In this document: one piece after another, positions 17,297 to 27,396 of the stretch
Layout of the letters: every line of letters starts with the position of its first letter
Numbering within the stretch: the stretch's first letter is position 1
Source of the DNA: a virus
Taxonomy: Duplodnaviria; Caudoviricetes
Length of the DNA: 64,000 nt
Virus record (IMG/VR): IMGVR_UViG_3300028581_000010
Direction: 5' to 3' (one strand)
Notes under the pieces: model-generated
What the model saw: only the letters and a program-made list of their open reading frames with translations
Database searches by the model: none
What the model was told of the DNA's origin: nothing
Translations under genes and position numbers: made by a program

Positions 17297-17737
17297 ATGA
17301 TAGACCCCCTCTTTGCTAGGCTTGGAGGCTATAATGCGCGAGGCATAAAGCCCACCACGCGACAATTTACATCTAAGTTTGTTGGAGTGCGCTGGCACAC
17401 ACAAAGAAAAAAGTGGCAAGCATATATTAGCTTAGGGAAGAAGCAGCTGCACCTCGGTATGTACGCCACAGAGGATGAAGCCGCCCGCGCATATGATAAA
17501 GCTACATTGCTTTTTGTGAAAACCGGCGTCATTAACCTTAACTTCAGTAAAAAGGACTATGCCGCGCTTGATCTAGCGGCATGGTACGCCTCCATTCAGC
17601 GTACATATACCTCCAAGCATAAACACGTTAGTTTCTGCCACACTCATAAGCGCTGGCTTGTAAAATACCCTCCAACGAAGGTGCGCCGCTTCAAAACGGA
17701 GGCTGAGGCAGTTAGCTATGCCTCTACCCTAGCTTAA
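17297..17737 (+). CDS. AP2-domain DNA-binding protein (homing endonuclease-associated type)
   Basis: SKFVGVRWH..KKWQAYI..LHLGMY.TEDEAARAYDKA, plus a partial second AP2 repeat. Confidence 0.85.
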   Translation: MIDPLFARLGGYNARGIKPTTRQFTSKFVGVRWHTQRKKWQAYISLGKKQLHLGMYATEDEAARAYDKATLLFVKTGVINLNFSKKDYAALDLAAWYASIQRTYTSKHKHVSFCHTHKRWLVKYPPTKVRRFKTEAEAVSYASTLA

Positions 17738-20460
17738 TCATCCCACACCCATAGCCCGTTCTTAAAATCCCACTTGGTAGCTTTGTCGAATACCGCATCT
17801 TTCCCTTTCCAAGCGTTCGCAGCTACTATCTCGCAGCCAAGCGCGTCGCCGGTGACCAGCCGCACTTTATCGCAAAACATATACTTTAAAACCTCCGGAA
17901 AGTAGTTGTCTTTAAACAGAGCTTTGTGCACTATCCATATTGCTGCGTCATGAATAGTGTTAACTGGATACACGTATTTCATCCAGAGCCCTTCTTTTTT
18001 TAAAAAGGTCCTTAACTGCACTAAAGCATCCCATAGGTAGCAGGCGAGCTCTGATGCTATAGGAAATGCAAGAGATTCATTCAGCCAACCGGCTTTGATG
18101 CCGAAGTTGTCTGTATCCTCGTACAGCAAGCGCATTCCTCGCGCATTGGTTATACGGTTGTGTGCCTCCACTTCATGTGTACACTCCTCACGGTACGCCA
18201 TGTAGCGCTCATACCTTCTCCAGGTACCTAGCGCATATTTGATTGTTTCGATGTCCACCATCAGCCCGTTCTCGGCATAGATGTCTGCCTTGATAGGCTC
18301 GGCAGCAAAGTCTAGTCCTGCTGTGTAGGACACGCGGAATGTAATCCCCTTCGAGATAACATACTTGGCGATATCCTTCTTTGTCAGCTCCGGATCGTTG
18401 AAGTACTCCCGCATCTTTGTTTGGTGGAAGTTGCCCGCACGTATGTCTGCAATGAACAGCGGGTCTTGTGAGATAAACGCCATGATAGCAAGGTCTGCTC
18501 CTGCTATGTCTAGCTCCACCCAGTGAAAGTCAGGGTCTCCTGGGTAGAAGATCTGCCTGATGTTGTTGGGTAGGAACTTCTCCGCGGCCTTTAACTCTGA
18601 GCCGGAGAGCTTCGATATGCCTGGCACAAATATCTCTGGTATATACGACAAAACCTTCGAAGCAGGATTCTGTACGTTAGGCGAGCTCGACGACCTAAAG
18701 TTTTTCAAGAGCTCGAAGAACGAGGCATGTATTCTACCATCTTTTGCGATCGCTGCCCAGTAACTTTGCTTTAAAGGAACCTCCAGATTAGCTAGCTCCT
18801 CCTCGTCGTCCTCTTCCTCTTCCTGCTCAACATCTAGTACCAAACCCTTCTTGGATAAGAACTTAGTGGCAAAGACGCTTACTCGGTTGAAGTTAAGCAT
18901 CAACGAGATGAGATCTAATTTATCTTGTAGGTCTCTATTATGTGGCATGAATTCCAGTTGTTCAGCCAGATTAAACTTGATCGTCGCCAGTGACTTACCG
19001 TTCGACGACGGCGCAAATTGCGCCTGTATGTTTTTCTTCTGCTTGTTGTACCAAGCAGCAGATTTCGGGGATTTGCCGGCCTTAGTGTAATACGCAGGCT
19101 CTAATTCCAAGGTTTTGAACAGAAGCTCTCTTTTCTGTATCGACGAGTTCGGGTTGAACTCCTCTATACCGTAGCGCTCCTTGAGCAATCCCGCGAGCTG
19201 CATCTTCAGCTCCATGTACTTCTCCATGTACTTGTTAGTGACGTCATCGAGAAGTTCCTTATCCACTGGTATGCCGGTATACTCCATGTCTGTGAAGTAA
19301 CTCGTCAGCGGAAGATATACGTTGAAATAGTAATCCTGTAAATGCTCGGGAAAGGCACGCATCATCTTGAGGCAGGCCCTGCGGTGAGATACTGCGTCAC
19401 CAGCACAATAATCATAGTAGACTTCTGGCTCGAGAAATTTCATCTTGGCCATCTCTTTCTTATTGATCTTATGCTCCTTCATCTTTCTAGCAAACTCGAC
19501 GTAGTAGGGCTTGTAGCTGGTGAACAGCCTAATGCCGGTCTCCAACCCTTTACCTAGTCGTGAGTCAAAGAAGGCCACTGCCTTCATGCCGTCGAACGCC
19601 AGCGTTTCATCTGGAAGCTTGAAGCCTCTATGCATGAGCCGCAGGTCGTCAGCGCGGATGTTCCATCCAAGCCTCTCTGCCTGTGGGTGCTCCAATATCA
19701 TCTTCATCGTATCGAGCAGCTCTCTGTTCTCGGTCTTACCGTCTGGAGAGATGTTCAGTATGACGGCGACGTGATCTTCACAGCTATACTGGAACTCATA
19801 CATCACTTCATCGTCAGCCCACTTCTCACCACACCACTCAGCGTCATACCCAATCTTAAACGCACCCTTGTCGATGTAGTCTTGAAGAATCTTCTTGTTC
19901 TCCTCTGGGTCGTTGATGATCCTGTACGTGTAGGGCACGAAGTGCAGGTCGTCGTCGAGCAGTCGTGTGACCATCTCGAAGCTTCTCCGGAACGCGGGTC
20001 TCTTTGTCGGGTCCTGTGCAACAATGAATCCTGGGGCATAGGTAGGCATGAGCTTACCGTAGGGTGAGTCAACAAACTCACCTATGTAGTCGCCCATCTT
20101 GATGTTGGTCTTCATCATTCGCTTGAATACCTCTGCCCCTAGAGTAATGATCACTTTTGGGTTTACATCCTTGACCTCCTGGTCGAACTCCTCTGCAAAG
20201 AACTCTATGTCCTCTGCTGTGGGTTTCTTACCTGCTCCCAACCCACATTTAACCATTCCAGTGAAGTAGACCTTCTCCTGTGGAATGCCAGCCAGATCCA
20301 GTGCTTGGTGCACCTCTGCTGCTGCAAACCCTGCCACACCAAATGCACGCTCTGTTAGGTCATCTGGACTAGGGTGTGAGAAGACTACCATTACCTCAGC
20401 CTCCTCAGGGTCGCCGTTAGGCTCCACTCTTACTTTATCCTCTATAGGTATTCCTGCCAT
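17734..20460 (-). CDS. polA: family A DNA polymerase with an N-terminal UDG-like domain and a 3'-5' exonuclease
   Basis: UDG family-4-like N-terminus (VNPKVIITLG), ExoI YDAE, ExoII WNIRADD, ExoIII YCAGDA, motif A ELDIAGADL, motif B SKGITF..SY and motif C IHDA. Confidence 0.92.
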   Translation of the reverse strand: MAGIPIEDKVRVEPNGDPEEAEVMVVFSHPSPDDLTERAFGVAGFAAAEVHQALDLAGIPQEKVYFTGMVKCGLGAGKKPTAEDIEFFAEEFDQEVKDVNPKVIITLGAEVFKRMMKTNIKMGDYIGEFVDSPYGKLMPTYAPGFIVAQDPTKRPAFRRSFEMVTRLLDDDLHFVPYTYRIINDPEENKKILQDYIDKGAFKIGYDAEWCGEKWADDEVMYEFQYSCEDHVAVILNISPDGKTENRELLDTMKMILEHPQAERLGWNIRADDLRLMHRGFKLPDETLAFDGMKAVAFFDSRLGKGLETGIRLFTSYKPYYVEFARKMKEHKINKKEMAKMKFLEPEVYYDYCAGDAVSHRRACLKMMRAFPEHLQDYYFNVYLPLTSYFTDMEYTGIPVDKELLDDVTNKYMEKYMELKMQLAGLLKERYGIEEFNPNSSIQKRELLFKTLELEPAYYTKAGKSPKSAAWYNKQKKNIQAQFAPSSNGKSLATIKFNLAEQLEFMPHNRDLQDKLDLISLMLNFNRVSVFATKFLSKKGLVLDVEQEEEEDDEEELANLEVPLKQSYWAAIAKDGRIHASFFELLKNFRSSSSPNVQNPASKVLSYIPEIFVPGISKLSGSELKAAEKFLPNNIRQIFYPGDPDFHWVELDIAGADLAIMAFISQDPLFIADIRAGNFHQTKMREYFNDPELTKKDIAKYVISKGITFRVSYTAGLDFAAEPIKADIYAENGLMVDIETIKYALGTWRRYERYMAYREECTHEVEAHNRITNARGMRLLYEDTDNFGIKAGWLNESLAFPIASELACYLWDALVQLRTFLKKEGLWMKYVYPVNTIHDAAIWIVHKALFKDNYFPEVLKYMFCDKVRLVTGDALGCEIVAANAWKGKDAVFDKATKWDFKNGLWVWDD

Positions 20461-20463
20461 ATG

Positions 20464-21975
20464 TTATTTCTTCTTTCCTTTTTTCTTAGTTTCCCAGCCG
20501 TCTGCCTCTGGAAGATTACCAACCTTCTCCCTTCCGGGAATGTTGGCGAATAGCCCGTCTGCTCCTGCAGCGGCCTTGCGCTTTCGTTCTTTAATAGCGG
20601 TGTTGATGCGCTCGTCGGCAGCCTTGTCGTATGGCTCAAAGCACATGAACTCCAGCTCAGCGCGGTAGTCCTTGGCGAAGGCCGCTCCGTGACGTACCTT
20701 CAACGAGAAGATGTTTACAATCTTGTCGGTAGGGGCGTCCTTGCCTATACCTATCATGTAGTCAGCTGGTTTCAGAATTCCCTTGAAGCCTGATATCTCG
20801 TTATTGCTGAATGTTCTACGCATCTTACCAGTAGCCTGGTGTACAAGCCATACCGCAATAGGATGCTCTCCACCTGTCTTATGTTGGCGTGCCATCTGTT
20901 GCACCTCATTAGACAAGCTCTCGTAGTTCTGCCATCTATCATCTACAGGATTTGCAGCTTCGAGAAAGTCCATCTGGTCAATATATACAAGGTCTGGATA
21001 CCAGCCCGTAGCTTGATACTCCTCCTCAATGGCATCCCTAAGCGTGTCCACTCGGATAGGAGCGGCCATGCTTAGGTCCTTCAAACGAAAGTTATCACCG
21101 AGGGCTTCTATCAACTTAGGGTCGGCAAACTCCATGGCCTGCTTCAGCTCTTCCTGTACTGCGAAGTTGCCTTTGTGCAACTCTGTGTACGGCAGCTTAA
21201 ATATATGAGCGTATGCTCTGTTGTTTAGGTTCTCGCCAGGTTCCTCAATAGAGAAGTAGAGCACCTTGGTACCCTGCATAGCTCTGCGGACCGCAGAGAA
21301 TACAGCCAGCGCAGTCTTACCTGTGCCTGAGTAACCGATCATGATTCCAAACTCGGAGTACTTGAGCCCGTAGGAGACTTCATCAATGGTAGGTAGCCCA
21401 AGCCCCATAGTCTGTTCTAGCTTCTTGAACGTTAGTTTTTTAAATGGCTCGAAGCTACGCATCTGCGCCCACTTGTCCACTCCAGCTAAATCCTTGTCAA
21501 GCTGAATAGCCTTCATGGCCACCTCCTTGGCGGTCGAGGAAGACTCGCGGATAATGTCGAAGCGCCTTACTTCTAGAAACGGCTTTATCTGCTTCAACAT
21601 GTAATCCTCGTTGTTCAGCTCATCGGAATACATGAAGGATAGCAGCTCTGCTACTTCATCTATCTGCTCCCGCAGTATCTCGCCGCTCTTAATCGCCTCT
21701 TTGATCTGCATGGCGAGTAGCTCCTGATCCACAGGGGCTGCGCCTATATCCAGAATGAGTTTGGTCAGCACTCGGTATACGTTAACGCTACCAACGTCTG
21801 CTGGTGCTAGCTTGGAGGCTCTGGCTAACTCAAATACCTTGGGGCTGCGAGCTATGTACTTGAGCAATAGCTCGATGAAATCTGCTGAATTGTATGTTGC
21901 TTCTATCATTTGAAGAATAACCTTTCTGTGTCGTAACCTTTGCTGTCCAGGAACTTTTTTAACTCGGGAGTACAT
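20464..21975 (-). CDS. dnaB: DnaB-like replicative helicase
   Basis: GYSGTGKT, YFSIEE, YIDQMD, VHQ and KVRHG. Confidence 0.9.
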   Translation of the reverse strand: MYSRVKKVPGQQRLRHRKVILQMIEATYNSADFIELLLKYIARSPKVFELARASKLAPADVGSVNVYRVLTKLILDIGAAPVDQELLAMQIKEAIKSGEILREQIDEVAELLSFMYSDELNNEDYMLKQIKPFLEVRRFDIIRESSSTAKEVAMKAIQLDKDLAGVDKWAQMRSFEPFKKLTFKKLEQTMGLGLPTIDEVSYGLKYSEFGIMIGYSGTGKTALAVFSAVRRAMQGTKVLYFSIEEPGENLNNRAYAHIFKLPYTELHKGNFAVQEELKQAMEFADPKLIEALGDNFRLKDLSMAAPIRVDTLRDAIEEEYQATGWYPDLVYIDQMDFLEAANPVDDRWQNYESLSNEVQQMARQHKTGGEHPIAVWLVHQATGKMRRTFSNNEISGFKGILKPADYMIGIGKDAPTDKIVNIFSLKVRHGAAFAKDYRAELEFMCFEPYDKAADERINTAIKERKRKAAAGADGLFANIPGREKVGNLPEADGWETKKKGKKK

Positions 21976-22442
21976 TCAAGCCTGGCTATCTCCCTATATT
22001 TATCCAGAATCTCCTGATCGTTCTTGTTCGATGCTATGATTCTGAACCAGCCGTACAGGCCGTTTTCCGGATATAGCAAGACTTCTCGCTCGCTCCAACC
22101 ACTCTTAATTACGTAGTTGCTTACTATCTCTAGCTGGTTGGCTATCATTCCAGCGAAGCTCTCCTCATCCACGGTCGCCATCTTATTGGCCGGGTTCTTG
22201 CCGTGAGCTACCAGCGTGATGTTGTCCGGAGAGAACTTCATCTTGTTAGGTGCATCATTCCACGCAGCCTGTATGTAACCATCAGCTGGTAGGTCGTTAT
22301 CGATACAGATCTTAGCCATCTTCTCAAACAGCTTATCGTATCGCGGAGAGCTTACATATTGGTATTGTGGGTTGGCTATGCGCTTCTTCTCCACGTAGTA
22401 CTCGATTAACTCTGTTTTGACTTGTTCGATATCTCTTTCCAT
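21906..22442 (-). CDS. hypothetical protein between primase and helicase
   Basis: Its position suggests a replisome accessory factor. No motif was recognised. Confidence 0.6.
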   Translation of the reverse strand: MERDIEQVKTELIEYYVEKKRIANPQYQYVSSPRYDKLFEKMAKICIDNDLPADGYIQAAWNDAPNKMKFSPDNITLVAHGKNPANKMATVDEESFAGMIANQLEIVSNYVIKSGWSEREVLLYPENGLYGWFRIIASNKNDQEILDKYREIARLECTPELKKFLDSKGYDTERLFFK

Positions 22443-23347
22443 TCTTCCTCGATCATGAACTGCAGTTGTTCTGTTGTGGCTTCATCCGGAGATGGGAAGC
22501 CGTATTCCATCGGATTTACGTTGACACAGGTGCGCCCACTGAACGTGAACTCTCGCTGCAGTTGTCTTGCGAGTAGCTGCGTCTTATCGTCTCCATCTAG
22601 AATCAACGTAATCTTTTTCCATCCTAGAATCAACTGTTTTTGTGTGTCTGCTATTCCCTTACCGAGCGTTGCAACCGCATTGGGTAGTTTAAGAGCCTTC
22701 TTAACTCCCTCCACCACAACAACGTTATCGTGCTTCTTGGCCTCATCATAGTTGAATAAATAATTTCCCTTTGGAAACAGGTGCATGTATCTCATGAACT
22801 GAAATCTATCACCGTTCCATGTTCCAGGAATAAACCTAAGCTGCCAGCCTACGAACTCGCCCATGTGGTACACGGGAAAGAACAAGCTCTCTGACGTATT
22901 AAGCGTAAACCCTGAGTCGAATTGAATATTCTCACCGCCGCCACACGGTATGTAGCCTATACCCAGGCTCGAGTAATATTTCATCTTGTACAGCCAGTCT
23001 TTTGTAAGGAACTGGATCACGGGCTCGTCGAAGTCTAGCTCGTGGAGCTGCACAATGTTCTTGTACGGAAGCTTTCTTGCAAAAGGGTGTTCCGTTACCT
23101 CCTTGTCCTCCGCGGATACCTCGAAGCGGAGGGCGAGCTGATCATCGCTCAGCAGTTCCCGTATAGGAACCACCTTGTTGCAGATGAAGCAGTTGCTCAC
23201 AGTCCAGGCTGGAGATAAATATCTTTTCATCTTCTTTGCGTCATGTGCCGTGCAAGTGGGACACACAATGCGGTAACCGCCTCCGGTCACCATCTTTGCC
23301 TTACCAAATTTATCCCGTAGGGATTTTAGTACTGTTGTGTTTCCCAT
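22406..23347 (-). CDS. dnaG: DNA primase (Zn-ribbon + TOPRIM)
   Basis: CPTC..CFIC, GWQLR, VVVEG and LDGD. Confidence 0.88.
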   Translation of the reverse strand: MGNTTVLKSLRDKFGKAKMVTGGGYRIVCPTCTAHDAKKMKRYLSPAWTVSNCFICNKVVPIRELLSDDQLALRFEVSAEDKEVTEHPFARKLPYKNIVQLHELDFDEPVIQFLTKDWLYKMKYYSSLGIGYIPCGGGENIQFDSGFTLNTSESLFFPVYHMGEFVGWQLRFIPGTWNGDRFQFMRYMHLFPKGNYLFNYDEAKKHDNVVVVEGVKKALKLPNAVATLGKGIADTQKQLILGWKKITLILDGDDKTQLLARQLQREFTFSGRTCVNVNPMEYGFPSPDEATTEQLQFMIEEEWKEISNKSKQS

Positions 23348-23370
23348 TTGTTATTAGCGTTGTCCTCGGC

Positions 23371-24840
23371 TTATAGCAGCCTTTGCTCAAATGAATGCCA
23401 GTCTATTTCATCTGGTGTATTCACTATCTTAATCGTCCACCCCTGCTGCTTGTAGTATTCCATGCGCTTCTTGGCCATAGACTCGAGGACCGTATCATGG
23501 TTATCCATGAAGTCCACAAGCACGAAGTGTGTTTTTTCTGGAAGGTCGAACTTCTCTCTTTGCTCGGTTGTTAGTATGCGGCTGCCTCTGTAGGCCTCCT
23601 GCAGCACCTCAACCTTGGAGGAACCTCCCGATGCCTGTATCACTACACGGCAGTTAGGAATGTCCACACCTGCTCGGAAAGCGTCTGACGCCACCAGAGT
23701 CTCAAACCTATTGTTCGAAAAGTCGTCAATGGTTTGGTTTTGTTCCTTCGGACTCAGCGCAAACGTACCAACATTCTTCTTGCTCGTCTCCCTGTGCAAA
23801 TACCTGGCCCCTTTGGGTAGATACTTGAACAGAGGTACAAGATGATCTTTCACATGATCTATGAATACGATTGCCTGCCATTTATCAGGTATCTTGCTGC
23901 ATACCTTGCCGATGAGCTCGTTGCGTGTGGCGTTTCTCTTAATGCCGTTGCGCAGCCTCGTCTCTATGCTCATCTGGCTGTCTGGTAGGAATATGTTTGG
24001 CATACGCACCATGTATACCACGCCTGGCACTACAGCACCGGCATCTTCCGCCTCGTCGTAGGGAAAGTAGATTAAGTCATCGCCGAAAATACCCTTCAGC
24101 AACTTATCTGTATTGTTGAACATGCCTTCAGTCGTCGCAGAGTAACCGAATATTCTATACGGCTTTATCTGGTTGAGACACGACTGGAACGTAGGCTGCC
24201 CTGCCGACTGCATCTCGTCTACTAGGAGCAGTTCGCACTTCTCGAGGGCGCAGTTCTTTAGTGACCTAAACGTTGCGATGGTTATGTCGCTGCTTATGTC
24301 ATTTTTACCGTCACCAACTATACCGATGTGCTTGTCGGGAAATAGCTGCTTAAACTTCTCGTAGGTCTGTATGACCACCTGCTTAAGCGGAATGGTGAGG
24401 ATTGTGTTCAGGTTGTTCCAGGCTGCATATGTAATGGCCTGTAGATATGTCTTGCCCGAGCCTCCTGTGGCGTTGACCACGCCACTGTCTGCCTGCCCTT
24501 TGAAGAGCATGTCGAGCACCATATCCACCTGGTAGTCGCGCAGTTTGATCTGTTTGACCCGTGCCCAGTCCGGTGCCGGCATGGGAGTGCGCAGGTCTAT
24601 CATCTTGCACGTATCTAGATTCTTCTCGATGAGCGCCTGTATAGCATGCGCAAATCCTGGAAACGTGTACAGGTCATTCTCGCTGCCGACAGTATAAAGT
24701 AACCGTTGCTCGAAGACACATTGCCGCTTCCAATTAACCGTCTTCATCTCACGATGCTGATACTTCAGAAACTTCTGTATGTATGGTGGGCCGGGCTTGA
24801 TCCGCAGCCCACCGTCGAACCTGGTTACCTCAATGTTCAT
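23371..24840 (-). CDS. uvsW: SF2 helicase, UvsW/XPB-like
   Basis: LRDYQ, ATGGSGKT, VDEMQ, SAT and GVDIP. Confidence 0.85.
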   Translation of the reverse strand: MNIEVTRFDGGLRIKPGPPYIQKFLKYQHREMKTVNWKRQCVFEQRLLYTVGSENDLYTFPGFAHAIQALIEKNLDTCKMIDLRTPMPAPDWARVKQIKLRDYQVDMVLDMLFKGQADSGVVNATGGSGKTYLQAITYAAWNNLNTILTIPLKQVVIQTYEKFKQLFPDKHIGIVGDGKNDISSDITIATFRSLKNCALEKCELLLVDEMQSAGQPTFQSCLNQIKPYRIFGYSATTEGMFNNTDKLLKGIFGDDLIYFPYDEAEDAGAVVPGVVYMVRMPNIFLPDSQMSIETRLRNGIKRNATRNELIGKVCSKIPDKWQAIVFIDHVKDHLVPLFKYLPKGARYLHRETSKKNVGTFALSPKEQNQTIDDFSNNRFETLVASDAFRAGVDIPNCRVVIQASGGSSKVEVLQEAYRGSRILTTEQREKFDLPEKTHFVLVDFMDNHDTVLESMAKKRMEYYKQQGWTIKIVNTPDEIDWHSFEQRLL

Positions 24841-25046
24841 CTAGGTGCCCGTTGCTTTGCTTTCTTTTTCTTCTTAGGCGGACGGTTTTGCTGCTGCTTA
24901 GGCGCGCGTTGACCAGTCTCCTGATCAACAACGCGCCCAACAGCAATCTTAGCTAGGTCCGCCAGGCTATTGCCTTGCCGCTTGATACCGAAGTATACTG
25001 CGGCCCCAGTCAGTAGTGCTGGAATTATGGGTGTTTCGTCTGGCAT
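24837..25046 (-). CDS. small membrane-anchored basic protein
   Basis: Hydrophobic N-terminus IIPALLTGAAVYFGI and a Lys-rich tail. Confidence 0.5.
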   Translation of the reverse strand: MPDETPIIPALLTGAAVYFGIKRQGNSLADLAKIAVGRVVDQETGQRAPKQQQNRPPKKKKKAKQRAPR

Positions 25047-25189
25047 ATTTCATATGTGGTATGTATGTGGTCGAAGTGTTGCAGCTTTCTGTCGAGCGCG
25101 GCTATAGCATCCTGTTCGGTGTAAGCCTGCCCAAAGATCTGGAACTTGTTAACTCCGTCCTCTGATACGGTGCATCCTGCTCTAAACAT
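25025..25189 (-). CDS. 54-aa hypothetical protein (not in the ORF track)
   Basis: MFRAGCTVSEDGVNKFQIFGQAYTEQDAIAALDRKL... fills the gap directly after sbcC. Confidence 0.45.
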   Translation of the reverse strand: MFRAGCTVSEDGVNKFQIFGQAYTEQDAIAALDRKLQHFDHIHTTYEICQTKHP

Positions 25190-25191
25190 AC

Positions 25192-27255
25192 CTATAGACG
25201 CAGGACGTTGTCAACAGCATCTTCCAATGCTGGATCGTGGTCAATTACTATGATCTGTTTCAACTTGCTCATGTTTTTGAGGTTACGTATGATGTCAAAG
25301 TATTGTTTTTTTGCTGAAGGAGCCAGCCCGTCGGAGCCCTCGTCTACAATCATAAACGGAAAGGATCCACCGAACAGCTCGTGAACGGCTAGCCGCATAC
25401 TCATGCCGACCATAACTTCCTGTCCCCCTGATACAGAGGGCAGTTTGTTACCGGACGAGTCGAATACGTCTATACCGAAGTTATCATTGACTTCCACCGT
25501 ATAAGGGAAGTCGAACGCCGTTAGTATGTTACTCATGCCGACAGACACGTTATTGGCGTATGTCTGAATGAGTAGCCTGGGCAACTTAGATGTGTGGAGC
25601 ACATCGTAGATCTCCTCAAGTACCTTAGCGTAGCGCTGTCTGCGCGCATTGATCTTCACGTCTGTGGCGTGCTTCTCTATCAGGCTGTCGAGCTTATCCA
25701 GCTCTCTCAGTGTCACAGACTCCTGTACCACAAGCTCGGAGCGCTGCTTGTTTTGCTCCTTATACCTAGCTAGCCGTGCCTCGACGCTGAGCAGCTCCGC
25801 ATGCGCGGTGGTGTCTCTGTTGTCGTACGCTGTCGTGCCTGCCAGCTCCACAGTAATGTTCACCTTATGGTTCTCTTCGTTGCGCAACTCAGCCTCAAGC
25901 CTATTCTTCTTCTCTAGCAGCTTGTCGAACACGCCTAGAGTATCGGCGTATTCCTTGTGCGTGTCTGCGTCATACTCGAGGTCTTCAAGAGCATCTAGAG
26001 ATGATTGCTTCTCGCGCCACGAGTTCTGCAGCTGATCCAGTATAGTCAGGTTACGCTTCATTATCTCCAAAGCACGCTTATCGTTCTCAAGCTGCGCTCT
26101 TAGCTCGGAGCCATGGGCCTGCTGCTTAGCAAGGTCCTCCTGTATGTGCGCGATCACGGTTTTGAGATCGTGTATCTCGCTACCACAAGTAGGGCAGGAT
26201 TCAACTTCTGCGCTAAGCCCTTTGCTAGCGTAGCCAGCGAGTCTATCCTTGTCCTTGTTGTACTGCGCCCGAAGTGCAGTTAATATAGCCTCGTCGCCAC
26301 GGATCTTCTGGTCCAAGACAGCGTACTCATCGCGCGTCTGTTCTGTAGCTTCGCATTCAGCCAATCCGCGCTCAATGTTACGCATCGACGCCTGCAAGGC
26401 CTCTTTCTTAGCTACTCTAGGCTTCAGTAGGTCCAGCGTGTAGACCTCCTTCTTGATCAGCTCGTGCTGCTCGGCGTTGTAATAAGCGGACACGGCGGTG
26501 ACCTCCGCCTGCAGCTGCGCAATGGTTTCCTCTAAGCGCGCCAAGCTAGCTTCATGAATGGCTACTGTGAATTCCGACCCAAGGCACTTTTGCAGATAGG
26601 CCTGGCGCACCAACGCCTCCTCCATATCTACTGTGTTATCAGGTGTTGCGGCGAGCTGCGCACGTATAGCAGTCAATGAGGCGGTTGTCTGTGTCTTGGT
26701 CTGCTCCAACGAGCCTGTGGGATGCACTGGTATAAGCGGCGGGGCATTCTTGATGTAATCCTTCCAGACTATATCCCTGAGCCTGGTTGTGTTGGGGACC
26801 ATGAAGATCTTCTGAAAGAGCTTCTCTCTTACAGCAGCATCTCCTGAGAACAGTAGCGCGATGTCTTTCTGCTTGGAGATAACCACGTTCTTCATGATGT
26901 GCTTGTCTATCTGAAACAAGCTATCCCAGAGATCGTTGACCTCGCCGGACTTCTTCAACACCTTGCCATCGTACTTCAAGCTAACCTTGGATGTGTCCAG
27001 GTGTCGCTCGAGAATAGCCAGCTTGCCGTTGATCTTGAAGTGGCCAATGGCGTAGCCGGTGACCTCACCTGTGGTGATGACCGACTGCTTGCTCTCTCCG
27101 TAGTAATCCCCTGTGAGCAGGAACAGAATAGCTTCTACGATACTAGACTTTCCTGCTCCGTTTGTTCCGGAAATACCGGTAACACCGCTTGAGAAATTAA
27201 ACTCCGCCTTGCGATGGTTGCGGAAGTTTCTAAGTATCAGTTTCAGCAGTTCCAT
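25192..27255 (-). CDS. sbcC: SbcC/Rad50/gp46 SMC-like ATPase
   Basis: GTNGAGKSS, coiled coils, a CPTC zinc hook, signature SGGQ, and VDEG and DH motifs. Confidence 0.95.
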   Translation of the reverse strand: MELLKLILRNFRNHRKAEFNFSSGVTGISGTNGAGKSSIVEAILFLLTGDYYGESKQSVITTGEVTGYAIGHFKINGKLAILERHLDTSKVSLKYDGKVLKKSGEVNDLWDSLFQIDKHIMKNVVISKQKDIALLFSGDAAVREKLFQKIFMVPNTTRLRDIVWKDYIKNAPPLIPVHPTGSLEQTKTQTTASLTAIRAQLAATPDNTVDMEEALVRQAYLQKCLGSEFTVAIHEASLARLEETIAQLQAEVTAVSAYYNAEQHELIKKEVYTLDLLKPRVAKKEALQASMRNIERGLAECEATEQTRDEYAVLDQKIRGDEAILTALRAQYNKDKDRLAGYASKGLSAEVESCPTCGSEIHDLKTVIAHIQEDLAKQQAHGSELRAQLENDKRALEIMKRNLTILDQLQNSWREKQSSLDALEDLEYDADTHKEYADTLGVFDKLLEKKNRLEAELRNEENHKVNITVELAGTTAYDNRDTTAHAELLSVEARLARYKEQNKQRSELVVQESVTLRELDKLDSLIEKHATDVKINARRQRYAKVLEEIYDVLHTSKLPRLLIQTYANNVSVGMSNILTAFDFPYTVEVNDNFGIDVFDSSGNKLPSVSGGQEVMVGMSMRLAVHELFGGSFPFMIVDEGSDGLAPSAKKQYFDIIRNLKNMSKLKQIIVIDHDPALEDAVDNVLRL

Positions 27256-27396
27256 TTATTTATCCAAGTATAGAATGACACCCTTCTCAGTGATGTCTGC
27301 GGGCAGCGCAGGCCCAGGCTTCTTAGCCGTGTGTGAACATGCTGTGCCCAACAACAGCAAGCCTACTAGCGCGATTATATTTCTTGTTCTGTGCAT
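27256..27396 (-). CDS. 46-aa putative lipoprotein (not in the ORF track)
   Basis: MHRTRNIIALVGLLLLGTAC-SHTAKK...: basic N-region, hydrophobic h-region and a Cys lipobox. It ends 1 nt before the sbcC ATG. Confidence 0.65.
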   Translation of the reverse strand: MHRTRNIIALVGLLLLGTACSHTAKKPGPALPADITEKGVILYLDK

